From Nitrososphaerota archaeon (GTDB lineage Archaea; Thermoproteota; Nitrososphaeria; PSMU01), in the NCBI GenBank assembly GCA_040290255.1, contig PSMU01000002.1, positions 224,001-288,000 on the forward strand: 64,000 nt of DNA, given 5' to 3'. Under the pieces are notes generated by a model. The model made no database searches. It was given only the letters and a program-made list of their open reading frames with translations, and was not told the DNA's origin. The translations under genes were made by a program, and so were the position numbers. Within the stretch, counting starts at the first letter, position 1, and each line of letters starts with the position of its first letter. Of the stretch, positions 55,844 through 64,000 are shown one piece after another.

Positions 55844-56797
55844 TTGAAGGCCCTGTATTTCGACGGCGAGCGCCTATGGCTCAGGGAGGAGTACCCCATG
55901 CCCGAGCTCAAGAGCGGCTGGGGTCTGATCCGCGTCCTCCTGGCGGGCATCTGCAGGACCGACCTAGAAGTGCTCGAGGGCTATGCGGAGTTCAGGGGCG
56001 TGCTGGGGCATGAGTTCGTGGGCGTGCTTGAGCGGCCGCACGATCACCCACTTTCGGACAAAAGGGTCGTTGGCGAGATCAATGTGGGCTGCGGGCGCTG
56101 TGGGCTCTGCCGCGAAGGCCTAAGGAACCACTGTGAGCAAAGGAAGGCTATAGGTATAAGGGGCTGCGATGGGGCCTTTGCGGAATACCTTACCCTGCCC
56201 CTGGAGAACCTTCACGCAGTGCCGGAGGGGCTATCTCCGGAGGAGGCCGTCTTCGCGGAGCCGCTGGCCGCCGCCCTGGAGGTGATAGAGCAGGTACCGG
56301 TGCAGCGCGTCGCGCGCGCCGCCGTGCTGGGGGATGGAAGGCTGGGCCTCCTCGTGGCCCAGGTGCTACAGGGCGCGGGCCTCGATGTGACGCTGATAGG
56401 CAAGCATGAGGAGAAGTTGAGGCGCGCCAGGACGCTGGGCGTAAGGGCCCTGAGCAAGGGGGAGCTAGAGCCAGGCCTTAAGTTCGGCCTAGTCGTGGAG
56501 GCCACGGGGGATCCAAGGGGTCTTAGGGAGGCCATGGCGTTCGTCAGGCCCAGGGGCATCGTGGTCCTGAAATCCGCCTTCAAGGGAGAGATAGCGCTGG
56601 ACTTGGCCCAGGTCGTCGTGAACGAGGTGACGTTGGTGGGCTCGCGCTGCGGCCCCTTTGAGAGGGCGCTGAAGGAACTGAGCTGGCGGCGCATCAGGGT
56701 GAAGGAGCTGATCGATGGCATATATTCGCTTGATAGCTGGAAGGAGGCCTTTGACAAGGTGAAGCAGGGAGCGCTAAAGGTGCTCCTGCGCCCCTAA
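55844..56797 (+). CDS. Zinc-dependent alcohol dehydrogenase (MDR family)
   Basis: GICRTD, GHEFVG, CGRCGLC-x7-C, EPLAA, GDGRLG, GSRCGPF. Confidence 0.88.
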   Translation: MKALYFDGERLWLREEYPMPELKSGWGLIRVLLAGICRTDLEVLEGYAEFRGVLGHEFVGVLERPHDHPLSDKRVVGEINVGCGRCGLCREGLRNHCEQRKAIGIRGCDGAFAEYLTLPLENLHAVPEGLSPEEAVFAEPLAAALEVIEQVPVQRVARAAVLGDGRLGLLVAQVLQGAGLDVTLIGKHEEKLRRARTLGVRALSKGELEPGLKFGLVVEATGDPRGLREAMAFVRPRGIVVLKSAFKGEIALDLAQVVVNEVTLVGSRCGPFERALKELSWRRIRVKELIDGIYSLDSWKEAFDKVKQGALKVLLRP

Positions 56798-56845
56798 GGC
56801 CTGAGGGGAGAAAGCAGCTTTTAGCCCCGTGCCGAAGGGCCTGCC

Positions 56846-59800
56846 ATGGGCTGGCCGGCAGCGCTCGCGCGCCGATATAGGCTCATCCTCGTTGGCTGGG
56901 GCATAGCCGCGCTGTTGCTTGCCTCACAGGCCCAGGGCTTTGACGGCCATCTCATCTACAGCTTCGATCCCTTCATTCCCGCCAGCCTTGAGGCGAAGAA
57001 GGCCCAGGACATGGCCCATGCCCTCTTTAACCAGAGCTCGCCAGATGCCGAGTTCGTCGTCATCAGCGGTCCCGAGGGCTTCGTGGCCACACAGGAGGCC
57101 CTGCAGCTCTTAAGGGAGCTCGGCCGCTCCATCGCGCAAGAGCCCGCGCTGAAGGGGCTCATCTCCGTGAACAGCTTGGCTTCGGTCTTTGACCGCATCA
57201 ACGCGACGTATTGGGAGCGGCTAAATGCTACGCTGGCCCAGCTAAGGCCGGGCCTCCTGGCCAACCTCACGCGCCTGCATGATGAGCTCTTTGGCCTGCT
57301 GCAGAGGCTGGCGCAGCTACATTCGGCCCTCTTCTCTCTCGCGAAGGCCGCCAATTCCTCTTCCGACGTCATATATGGCCTTCCCTCGCTATATCTTCAA
57401 GCCTGGTATCAGGCCGTTCAAAAGGTGAACCAGTCCAGCCCGGGCCAGCCGCTGCCCGTAGGGCTCATAAACTGGCTTGCCCTTACGGCCGTGAACTCCT
57501 CGCTTCCCGGCCAGAACAGGAACATCACGTACCCCTTCCTCTATGCCTTTTACAGCGCCTGGAATTCGAGCTTTACCGGGCCCTTTATTCAGCCTCAGGA
57601 CCTGCTGCCCTCCAATGCCCTGCTGAGGGCGCAGGCCGCCATAGACCGAACCGTGCCCCTGCTCTTCAACGCCACTGTCTTGGGCATGGCGGCTGAGCCC
57701 TTTTTGGTGGCCTGGAGGGCCATGAATATTACCCAATGGCAGGGCTCGGTCAACAGATTCGCGCTGGTGCTGCGGGCCTCCGTGGACGAGCTGGCCCGCT
57801 CGCAGGGGCTCGACCGAGCGCTGCTGCTTCAGCTGGCGGCGCTGGGGCAGGAGCCCTCACAGGAAGCCCTACAGGATATGGCGGTATCCCTGCTGAGCCA
57901 GAGGAGCGGCGCGGATCCCGGCCTACTGCGCAAGGTGGTTGCGCTGGGCCCCCAGCCGGCGCCGGGCGCGCTCGAGGGGTTGGCGACGGAGCTCCTTGAG
58001 GGCGTGCGGTCTGGCCTACTGGTGAAGTTCCCGCCTCCCCGATACCCCTCCTCCATTCCCAGCTCCATCTTCTCTCAGCTCTCGGATAAGGGAAACGCCA
58101 CCACCTACATCTTGGTCACCTTTCAGGGGAACCTGAGCAGGGAGAGCTCCTTCTCCAACGTGCAGGCGCTGAGGTCGCTGGTGCATGCCAGAACGAGCTC
58201 CTCGGCCGGCCTAAAGCTGTACGTTACGGGCGGCTACAGCTTCTCATATGACGTAAGCGCGCTCCATAGCAGCGACGTACAAAACATAGACCGCGTCACC
58301 GTGCTGGTCGTCTTCGCGCTGCTGGCGGCGCTGCTCGCCTCGCTGGTGGCGCCCCTCCTCCCCCTGGCGCTCATCGGCTCGGCGCTGCTCATGAGCCTGG
58401 GCGTGCTCGCGCTGCTGGCCCAGGTGGGCTTCAAGCTCTTCTATTTCGTAAGAAGCACCATAAGCGTCGTCACCCTGGGCGCCGGGATAGATTACGTCAT
58501 TTACATGCTCTTCAGGTACCTTGAGGAGAGGGAGAACGGAGCGCCCACGCAGGAGGCCATTCAAAAGACGACCAGGTACGCGGGGGAGACGGTGGTCACC
58601 AGCGCGCTGGCCGTCGCGATAGGCTTCGGCTCCCTGGCCACCAGCAGGGTGGGGCTGCTACAGAGCCTGGGGCTAAGCCTGGCGCTGGGCGTGCTGCTGG
58701 CCCTCTCCGCCGCCCTCCTGCTCGTGCCTTCGCTGCTCTACCTGCTGCGGGACGCCATTCTGTGGCCGCGGCGCACGCTCCCCTCCTTTTCCTACAGGCT
58801 TCAGCTCTTCAGGGCCGCCGCGAACGTGGCCATTAAGCATAGAAGAAAGGTGATAGCGGCTGGCCTCATCGCGACCGCGCTCCTTGGGCTGCTGGCCCTC
58901 TCGATGAGCAGGACCTACAACGACCTAGATATGGTGCCGGCCCTTGAATCAAAGCGAGGCTTTGAACTCATCCTCGCCGGCTTCGGCGCCCAGCCCCTCT
59001 CGCCCGCGTACGTGGTGCTGAGCACCCACGCGGCCCTGTTCAGCTCGGGCACCGTGAATTCGAGCGTCTATCAAGCGTTAGATGACGTCTGCTCCGCCAT
59101 CGCCTCCACGCCGGGCGTGAGGGCGGACAGCGTGCGCTGCCCCACCAGGCCCCAGGGAAAGTACGTAACCCCCGATGCGTTGCGATATAACGAAAGCTCC
59201 CCCTACATAGGCAGAGACGGCACCAGCTATCTCTTCCGGCTCAGCCTAGAGAGCTTCTACTCCTCCGAGCAGGCCTTCAGCACGATACGGCAGCTCAGGC
59301 AGAACCTGGCGAGCGGGCTGCGAGCGGAGCCCGTGCTTGCCGGAGCGACGGCGTACGTAGGAGGGCCCGCGGCCTTTTACCTGGACCTCTCGACGGCCAT
59401 CAACGAGGACTACGCTAGGGCGATTATTCCGGCCGCCTTTATAGGCATCTTCATCGTCCTGCTGCTTCTCCTTCGCTCGGCCGTGATCCCCCTTCTCTTC
59501 CTCGTGACCACGGTCATGAGCACCATATGGACGCTGGGCCTGCTGGTGGCCGTCTTCCAGCTCCTGCTTCACGTGGACATCTACTGGCTCACCCCCATCA
59601 TCCTGTTCACCGTGCTGATAGGCCTCGGCATGGACTACAACGTGTTCCTGATTACAAGGGTCAGGGAGGGTGTGCTGCAGGGCCTGGCCGACGAGGAGGC
59701 CGCCGCCAAGGCGGTCGAGAGGACGGCCCTTGTGCTTACCGGGGCTGGCCTGATCATGGCCGCGGCCTTCGGGAGCCTGCTCGTGAGCGCCGACTATGTG

Positions 59801-59953
59801 CTGAAGGAAACGGGCTTCGCGCTGAGCGTGGGCATTCTGTTCGATACCTTCCTCGTCAGGCTGTTCATGAGCCCCGCCATAATAGCCAGCGCGAAGAGGT
59901 GGAACTGGTGGCCCTCGGCCCTAAGCAGGGCCGGCCCTAGCCGAGATACGTAA
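56846..59953 (+). CDS. MMPL/RND family transporter
   Basis: Two TM blocks with GAGIDY and GLGMDYNVFL..R..E, large extracytoplasmic loops, KRWNWWP end. Confidence 0.88.
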   Translation: MGWPAALARRYRLILVGWGIAALLLASQAQGFDGHLIYSFDPFIPASLEAKKAQDMAHALFNQSSPDAEFVVISGPEGFVATQEALQLLRELGRSIAQEPALKGLISVNSLASVFDRINATYWERLNATLAQLRPGLLANLTRLHDELFGLLQRLAQLHSALFSLAKAANSSSDVIYGLPSLYLQAWYQAVQKVNQSSPGQPLPVGLINWLALTAVNSSLPGQNRNITYPFLYAFYSAWNSSFTGPFIQPQDLLPSNALLRAQAAIDRTVPLLFNATVLGMAAEPFLVAWRAMNITQWQGSVNRFALVLRASVDELARSQGLDRALLLQLAALGQEPSQEALQDMAVSLLSQRSGADPGLLRKVVALGPQPAPGALEGLATELLEGVRSGLLVKFPPPRYPSSIPSSIFSQLSDKGNATTYILVTFQGNLSRESSFSNVQALRSLVHARTSSSAGLKLYVTGGYSFSYDVSALHSSDVQNIDRVTVLVVFALLAALLASLVAPLLPLALIGSALLMSLGVLALLAQVGFKLFYFVRSTISVVTLGAGIDYVIYMLFRYLEERENGAPTQEAIQKTTRYAGETVVTSALAVAIGFGSLATSRVGLLQSLGLSLALGVLLALSAALLLVPSLLYLLRDAILWPRRTLPSFSYRLQLFRAAANVAIKHRRKVIAAGLIATALLGLLALSMSRTYNDLDMVPALESKRGFELILAGFGAQPLSPAYVVLSTHAALFSSGTVNSSVYQALDDVCSAIASTPGVRADSVRCPTRPQGKYVTPDALRYNESSPYIGRDGTSYLFRLSLESFYSSEQAFSTIRQLRQNLASGLRAEPVLAGATAYVGGPAAFYLDLSTAINEDYARAIIPAAFIGIFIVLLLLLRSAVIPLLFLVTTVMSTIWTLGLLVAVFQLLLHVDIYWLTPIILFTVLIGLGMDYNVFLITRVREGVLQGLADEEAAAKAVERTALVLTGAGLIMAAAFGSLLVSADYVLKETGFALSVGILFDTFLVRLFMSPAIIASAKRWNWWPSALSRAGPSRDT

Positions 59954-60425
59954 GCGTGGAGCGGTCGAAGTCCTTCACGAGCTCCACGTCGGGCCCCGTA
60001 TACTCCAGATGCCTGAGCAGGCCCGGATATATCTCGTAGAGGCTGCGCTTGGCCATTTCGGAGGCCGGATGGTCCTCGCCGAGGAATTTAGCGCAGATGC
60101 TCTGCACCAGAGGCCTAACCTGCTTCTCCTCGAGGATGCCGAGGCTGTGCAGGTATTCATGCATCAGCACGACGAAGAGGAACGCGTTCACCTCCCTCTT
60201 GCTCTTGGCCACCTTATTCACCGCCTTAAGGAGGGCCCTGTTGAGCACGATCGCGTTCGAGGCGAAGGGATGGTAGGCCGCTATGCCGGGAGGGAGGTCC
60301 GCCAGGCCAAGTGAGAGGCCGGCCCTTCTCAGGCCCGTAACCCTGAAGACCGCCTCCTTTACCAGAGCGAAGAGCCGATCGAAGCTCTCCGTTTCATCGA
60401 GCTGCCTGGCTGGGTTCTCGGCCAT
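59937..60425 (-). CDS. Small HExxH zincin-like protein
   Basis: VLMHEYLHSLG..EE motif. ATG at 60425 with TTATAA about 26 nt upstream. Confidence 0.7.
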   Translation of the reverse strand: MAENPARQLDETESFDRLFALVKEAVFRVTGLRRAGLSLGLADLPPGIAAYHPFASNAIVLNRALLKAVNKVAKSKREVNAFLFVVLMHEYLHSLGILEEKQVRPLVQSICAKFLGEDHPASEMAKRSLYEIYPGLLRHLEYTGPDVELVKDFDRSTLTYLG

Positions 60426-60508
60426 CTTTGGGCCCTGCACGCGGCAGCTCTTATAACCGTTGCGAATCCTTGCGAAGGATGACAACTATATGCGGTCGCT
60501 CCTGTGCC

Positions 60509-61444
60509 CTACGAGGTTGCGAGCAGCGCCTTCGGTATCTCGCTGAGGTTCTTCCTTATCCGATCGATGCTTTCAAGGAACTTCGCCCTCTGCTCCGGCG
60601 TGAGCGGAAGTTCCAGGATCCTCTCGACGCCCTCCCTGCCCAGCACGATGGGCACCTCGGCGAAGACGTCGTGCACGCCATATTCGCCTTCTAGGTAGAC
60701 GCTCGCCTCTAGGACGGCCCTTCGGTCCTTCCTGATGGCGTCGCACATGAGCGCCAACCCCGCCGCCGGGCCCCAATTGCTGCTGAACTTCCTCAGCTCC
60801 GTGATCGTCGCCCCTGCCTTCACCGTCTCCTCGACGGCCTTGGCGTACTGCTCCTCCGTCAGAAGCGAGGAGAGGGGGGCGCCGCCCACGTTGCTCAGCC
60901 CCAGGGCGGGGTACATGCCCTCTCCATGCTGGCCCAAGACCACGGCCGTTATTGACGAGGGGCTTATCCCCAACATCTGCCCGGCGTGGAAGGCCAGCCT
61001 GCCCGCATCGAGCACGCCGCTGAAGCCGAGCACCCTCTTCTTCGGGAAGCCTAGGCGCTTGTAGTAAAGGTAGACCATCGCGTCGAGGGGGTTGGTGGTG
61101 ATGATGGTTATGGCCCGCGGCGCATGCCTGCGCACCTGCTCCGCGAGGGAGGCGACGATCTCCGCGTTCTTTCCCACCAGCTCCTCCCTTGTCATGCCCG
61201 GCCTCCTGGGCAGGCCCGCGGTGACGACGACGATGTCGCTGCCGGCCATCTCTTCGTAGCTATTGCTGCCCCTCACATGGACGGCCTTGCCCAGGATGGC
61301 CGCCGCGTGATTGAGGTCCAGCGCCTCGCCCTGGGGGAGGCCGGGGATTATATCCACGAGCAGCAGCTCCCTGTCAACTTCAAAGAGCACCATGAAGGCC
61401 GCGGCGCTCGCGCCCACCCTGCCCGCGCCTATGATAGTTATCAA
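60509..61444 (-). CDS. mdh: Malate dehydrogenase (LDH-like)
   Basis: GAGRVG, TAGLPRRPGMTRE, TNPLD, GVLDAGR, LGQHG. Confidence 0.9.
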   Translation of the reverse strand: MITIIGAGRVGASAAAFMVLFEVDRELLLVDIIPGLPQGEALDLNHAAAILGKAVHVRGSNSYEEMAGSDIVVVTAGLPRRPGMTREELVGKNAEIVASLAEQVRRHAPRAITIITTNPLDAMVYLYYKRLGFPKKRVLGFSGVLDAGRLAFHAGQMLGISPSSITAVVLGQHGEGMYPALGLSNVGGAPLSSLLTEEQYAKAVEETVKAGATITELRKFSSNWGPAAGLALMCDAIRKDRRAVLEASVYLEGEYGVHDVFAEVPIVLGREGVERILELPLTPEQRAKFLESIDRIRKNLSEIPKALLATS

Positions 61445-61462
61445 GCGTAGCCGGCCGGTGGC

Positions 61463-64000
61463 TCAGGGATTTAACTTTAAGGGCTGCACGGCGCTCAGCA
61501 GCGGCTCCGCGGCGCGCCTGAGGGAGAACCTCTGCCTGAGCGCCGAGACAAAGGCCGAGGCCAGCTCGGGCACCGAGAACGTGGGCACCCCCAGGTCGGC
61601 CGCCCACCTCCTGATCAGGTATTCGTCCTCAACCATCTGGGCCATCTTATCCGTGGTGATGGTAAAGGGGATGTTGATCACGAGCCCAACCTCGCCCCTC
61701 CAGAGGGCCTCAAGCACGTTAGGCTTACGGTCCGGTTCCGAGGCCTTGTAGAGAGTCACCGCGTCCAGGCCGCTTCTTCTCAGGAACTCCGCCGTGTGCT
61801 CCGTGGCGAAGATCCTATAGCCCATGTCCCTGAGCTGCCCCGCCAAGCCCAGGATCAAGCTCTTGGTGGGACCCCCGGCCGAGATCAGCACGCCCGAGCC
61901 CGGCTCCGGCACCTTGATGCCCGTGGCCTCGAGCGCCATGAGCAGCGCGTCCTCGAAGCTGTCCGAGAAGCAGGCCGCTTCGCCGGTCGACCTCATCTCC
62001 ACGCCGAGCACGGGATCCACGTGCTCGAGCTGGGTGAAGGAGAACTGGGGCGCCTTGACCGCGAAGCGGGACGGCGGCGTAAAGCGCCTGTGCTCGATGG
62101 GGTTGCCCAGGATGGCCCGGGCGGCCAGCTCCATCAGGTTAACGCCCATGGCCTTGCTCGTGAAGGGCATACTGCGCGAGGAGCGAAGGTTGCACTCTAT
62201 GACCTGCACGCGCCCCTCCTTGACCAAGTACTGTACGTTGAAGGGGCCCCTTATGCTCAGCCTTCTTGCCAGGGCTATCGCATAATCCTCCATCATGCGC
62301 ACCTCCTGCTCGCTGAGCCTCAGAGGGGGTATGGTCATCGTCGCATCGCCCGAGTGCACGCCCGCCGGCTCCAGATGCTCCAGCACGGCGCCTATGTACA
62401 CGCTGTGGCCATCGGAGACGGCATCGATCTCAGCCTCGAGCGCGCCCCTCACGAACTTGGACAGCACTACGGGATGCTCCGGGGAGACCGTGAAGGCCTG
62501 CCTCAGAAGGGCCTCCAGCTGTGCCCTGGACCAGGCGACGCCCATGGCCCTCCCCCCTAATATATATGAGGGCCTGGCCAAGATCGGATAGCCGAGCTTT
62601 CCGGCCACGCCCAGGGCCTCCTCTACGCTCCTGCCATAGGCCCACGGAGGCTGGGGTATCTCCAGCTCCTCCAGCAGGGCGCTGAACTTCGAGCGATCCT
62701 CGGCCCTGTCCACGCTCTCCGGCGAAGTGCCGAGGATGGGCACGCCCGCCAAGTGAAGCCTAGGAGTCAGGCTGTTGGCTACCTGGCCGCCCACGCAGGT
62801 AATTATGCCCTCGCCGCCCTCCCTCTCCCATATGTCGAGCACCCTTTCTAGCGTAAGCTCCTCAAAGTACAGCCTGTCGCTCTCATCGTAGTCCGTTGAG
62901 ACGGTCTCCGGGTTGCAGTTCACCACGATCGTCTCCTCGATGCCCAGCCTCTTGAGCGCCCAAGCCAGGTTTACCGTGCACCAGTCGAACTCCACCGAGC
63001 TGCCTATCCTATATACACCGGCCCCCAGCACGATGACCTTTCGCTTTCCGGTGGGCAGGGCATCGCTACTGCCGCCGCGATAGGTCATGTAAAGGTAATT
63101 CGTCCTGGCGGGCCATTCGCCCGCGAGGGTGTCGATCGCCTTGGTGGAGGGAAGAAGGCCGCGGGCCTTTCGCAGCTTCCTGACCTGGGCCTCGCTTAAC
63201 CCCAGCCACTTGGCGATTTGGGCATCGCTGAAGCCCAGCTCCTTTGCCTCCTCGAGGCACGAGAGGTCCCGTTGGCGCAATCGGCGCTTGAGCTCCACGA
63301 GCCTCTGCATCTTGCTGAGAAACCATGGATCCACCGAGGTTATGCGGGATACCTCATCGGGCGAAAGGCCCAGCTCCAGCGCCCTTCCGAGGTCAAAGAG
63401 GTAGCTGTCCGTGGGATGTCTCAGCCTTTCCAGCACTTCGCCCACGTCCATGGCCGCCTCCTCGTCATCCAGGAAGCCTCTGCGGCCTATGTCCAGCATG
63501 CGGGCGGCCTTCTGCAGCGCCTCCTCGAAGCTCCTCGCTATGGCCATCACCTCGCCCACGGACTTCATCTGCGTCCCGATGCGCCTGTCGGGCCTCTCGA
63601 ACTTGCCGAAGTCCCACCTCGGCACCTTTAGAGCTAAATAATCAAGGGCGGGCTCAAAGAAGGCCTTGGTGACGCCGGTGACCTTGTTGAGCACCTCCCA
63701 GAGCCTATAGCCCAAGGCGAGCTTGGCCGCGAGGTAGGCGAGCGGGTAGCCCGTGGCCTTCGAAGCCAGGGCCGAGGAGCGCGAGAGCCGCGCGTTGACC
63801 TCTATGACCCTGTACTGCTCTGAGCCGCGCTCAAGGGCGAACTGTACGTTGCACTCGCCCACCACCTCACAGATGGCCGCTATTTTCAGGGCCGCGTCCC
63901 TCAGCAGCTGGTACTCCCTGTTGGTGAGCGTCTGCGAGGGCGCGATGACGACGTTGTCGCCCGTGTGCACCCTCATCGCGAAGATATTCTCCATGTTGCA
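61463..64000 (-). CDS. carB: Carbamoyl-phosphate synthase large subunit (5' end outside window)
   Basis: IEVNARLSRSSALASKATGYP, IGSSVEFDW, NPETVSTDYD, RPSYILGG, EMRSTGE, MGS domain. Confidence 0.96.
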   Translation of the reverse strand, partial: CNMENIFAMRVHTGDNVVIAPSQTLTNREYQLLRDAALKIAAICEVVGECNVQFALERGSEQYRVIEVNARLSRSSALASKATGYPLAYLAAKLALGYRLWEVLNKVTGVTKAFFEPALDYLALKVPRWDFGKFERPDRRIGTQMKSVGEVMAIARSFEEALQKAARMLDIGRRGFLDDEEAAMDVGEVLERLRHPTDSYLFDLGRALELGLSPDEVSRITSVDPWFLSKMQRLVELKRRLRQRDLSCLEEAKELGFSDAQIAKWLGLSEAQVRKLRKARGLLPSTKAIDTLAGEWPARTNYLYMTYRGGSSDALPTGKRKVIVLGAGVYRIGSSVEFDWCTVNLAWALKRLGIEETIVVNCNPETVSTDYDESDRLYFEELTLERVLDIWEREGGEGIITCVGGQVANSLTPRLHLAGVPILGTSPESVDRAEDRSKFSALLEELEIPQPPWAYGRSVEEALGVAGKLGYPILARPSYILGGRAMGVAWSRAQLEALLRQAFTVSPEHPVVLSKFVRGALEAEIDAVSDGHSVYIGAVLEHLEPAGVHSGDATMTIPPLRLSEQEVRMMEDYAIALARRLSIRGPFNVQYLVKEGRVQVIECNLRSSRSMPFTSKAMGVNLMELAARAILGNPIEHRRFTPPSRFAVKAPQFSFTQLEHVDPVLGVEMRSTGEAACFSDSFEDALLMALEATGIKVPEPGSGVLISAGGPTKSLILGLAGQLRDMGYRIFATEHTAEFLRRSGLDAVTLYKASEPDRKPNVLEALWRGEVGLVINIPFTITTDKMAQMVEDEYLIRRWAADLGVPTFSVPELASAFVSALRQRFSLRRAAEPLLSAVQPLKLNP

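Noticed and set aside
1-64000. Numerous long antisense or alternative-frame ORFs in the supplied track (e.g. 49381-50412, 21473-22333, 37564-38433, 42410-43258)
   Set aside because: They are shadows of well-supported genes in high-GC DNA with few stop codons, and carry no recognisable motifs.
1-64000. CRISPR array, tRNA, rRNA, integrase or IS element
   Set aside because: No regularly spaced repeats, cloverleaf, rRNA-like block, terminal inverted repeats or transposase/integrase motifs were seen, and nearly all DNA is coding.

Overview
High-GC (visually ~65%) archaeal chromosome segment, most likely from a thermophilic TACK/Thermoproteota-type lineage. This is an inference from ribosomal protein L35Ae, archaeal Hsp20 and DRG GTPase, AGG/ATA-rich codons, and TATA boxes ~25-30 nt upstream of apparently leaderless starts. 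The window is densely coding, with about 62 CDSs. I saw no rRNA, tRNA, CRISPR array or recognisable transposon. Housekeeping and metabolic content includes ECF ATPases, aroD, a 2-oxoacid/acetoin dehydrogenase E1a-E1b-E2 cluster, speE, hutU, malic enzyme, pncB, larBCE, glyA, sufCBD-Rieske-sufS-sufU, fixAB-fixCX, an MMPL transporter, mdh and partial carB. The most striking element is a coupled three-gene operon at 39081-42329. It encodes a half-length SMC ATPase with SMC5/6-like head motifs and no hinge or zinc hook, a ScpA-like kleisin, and an Nse1/Nse3-like tandem winged-helix (KITE) protein. It is divergent from an operon encoding an unknown protein, a metallophosphoesterase, a DHH phosphoesterase and a subtilase. 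Other oddities are larBCE with a degenerate LarC N-domain and no larA in view, paired DUF72 genes (one fused to a SWIM finger), divergent gene pairs sharing one central TATA box, and four convergent pairs ending in the same CTAG. All family calls come from reading motifs by eye; no database searches were run.
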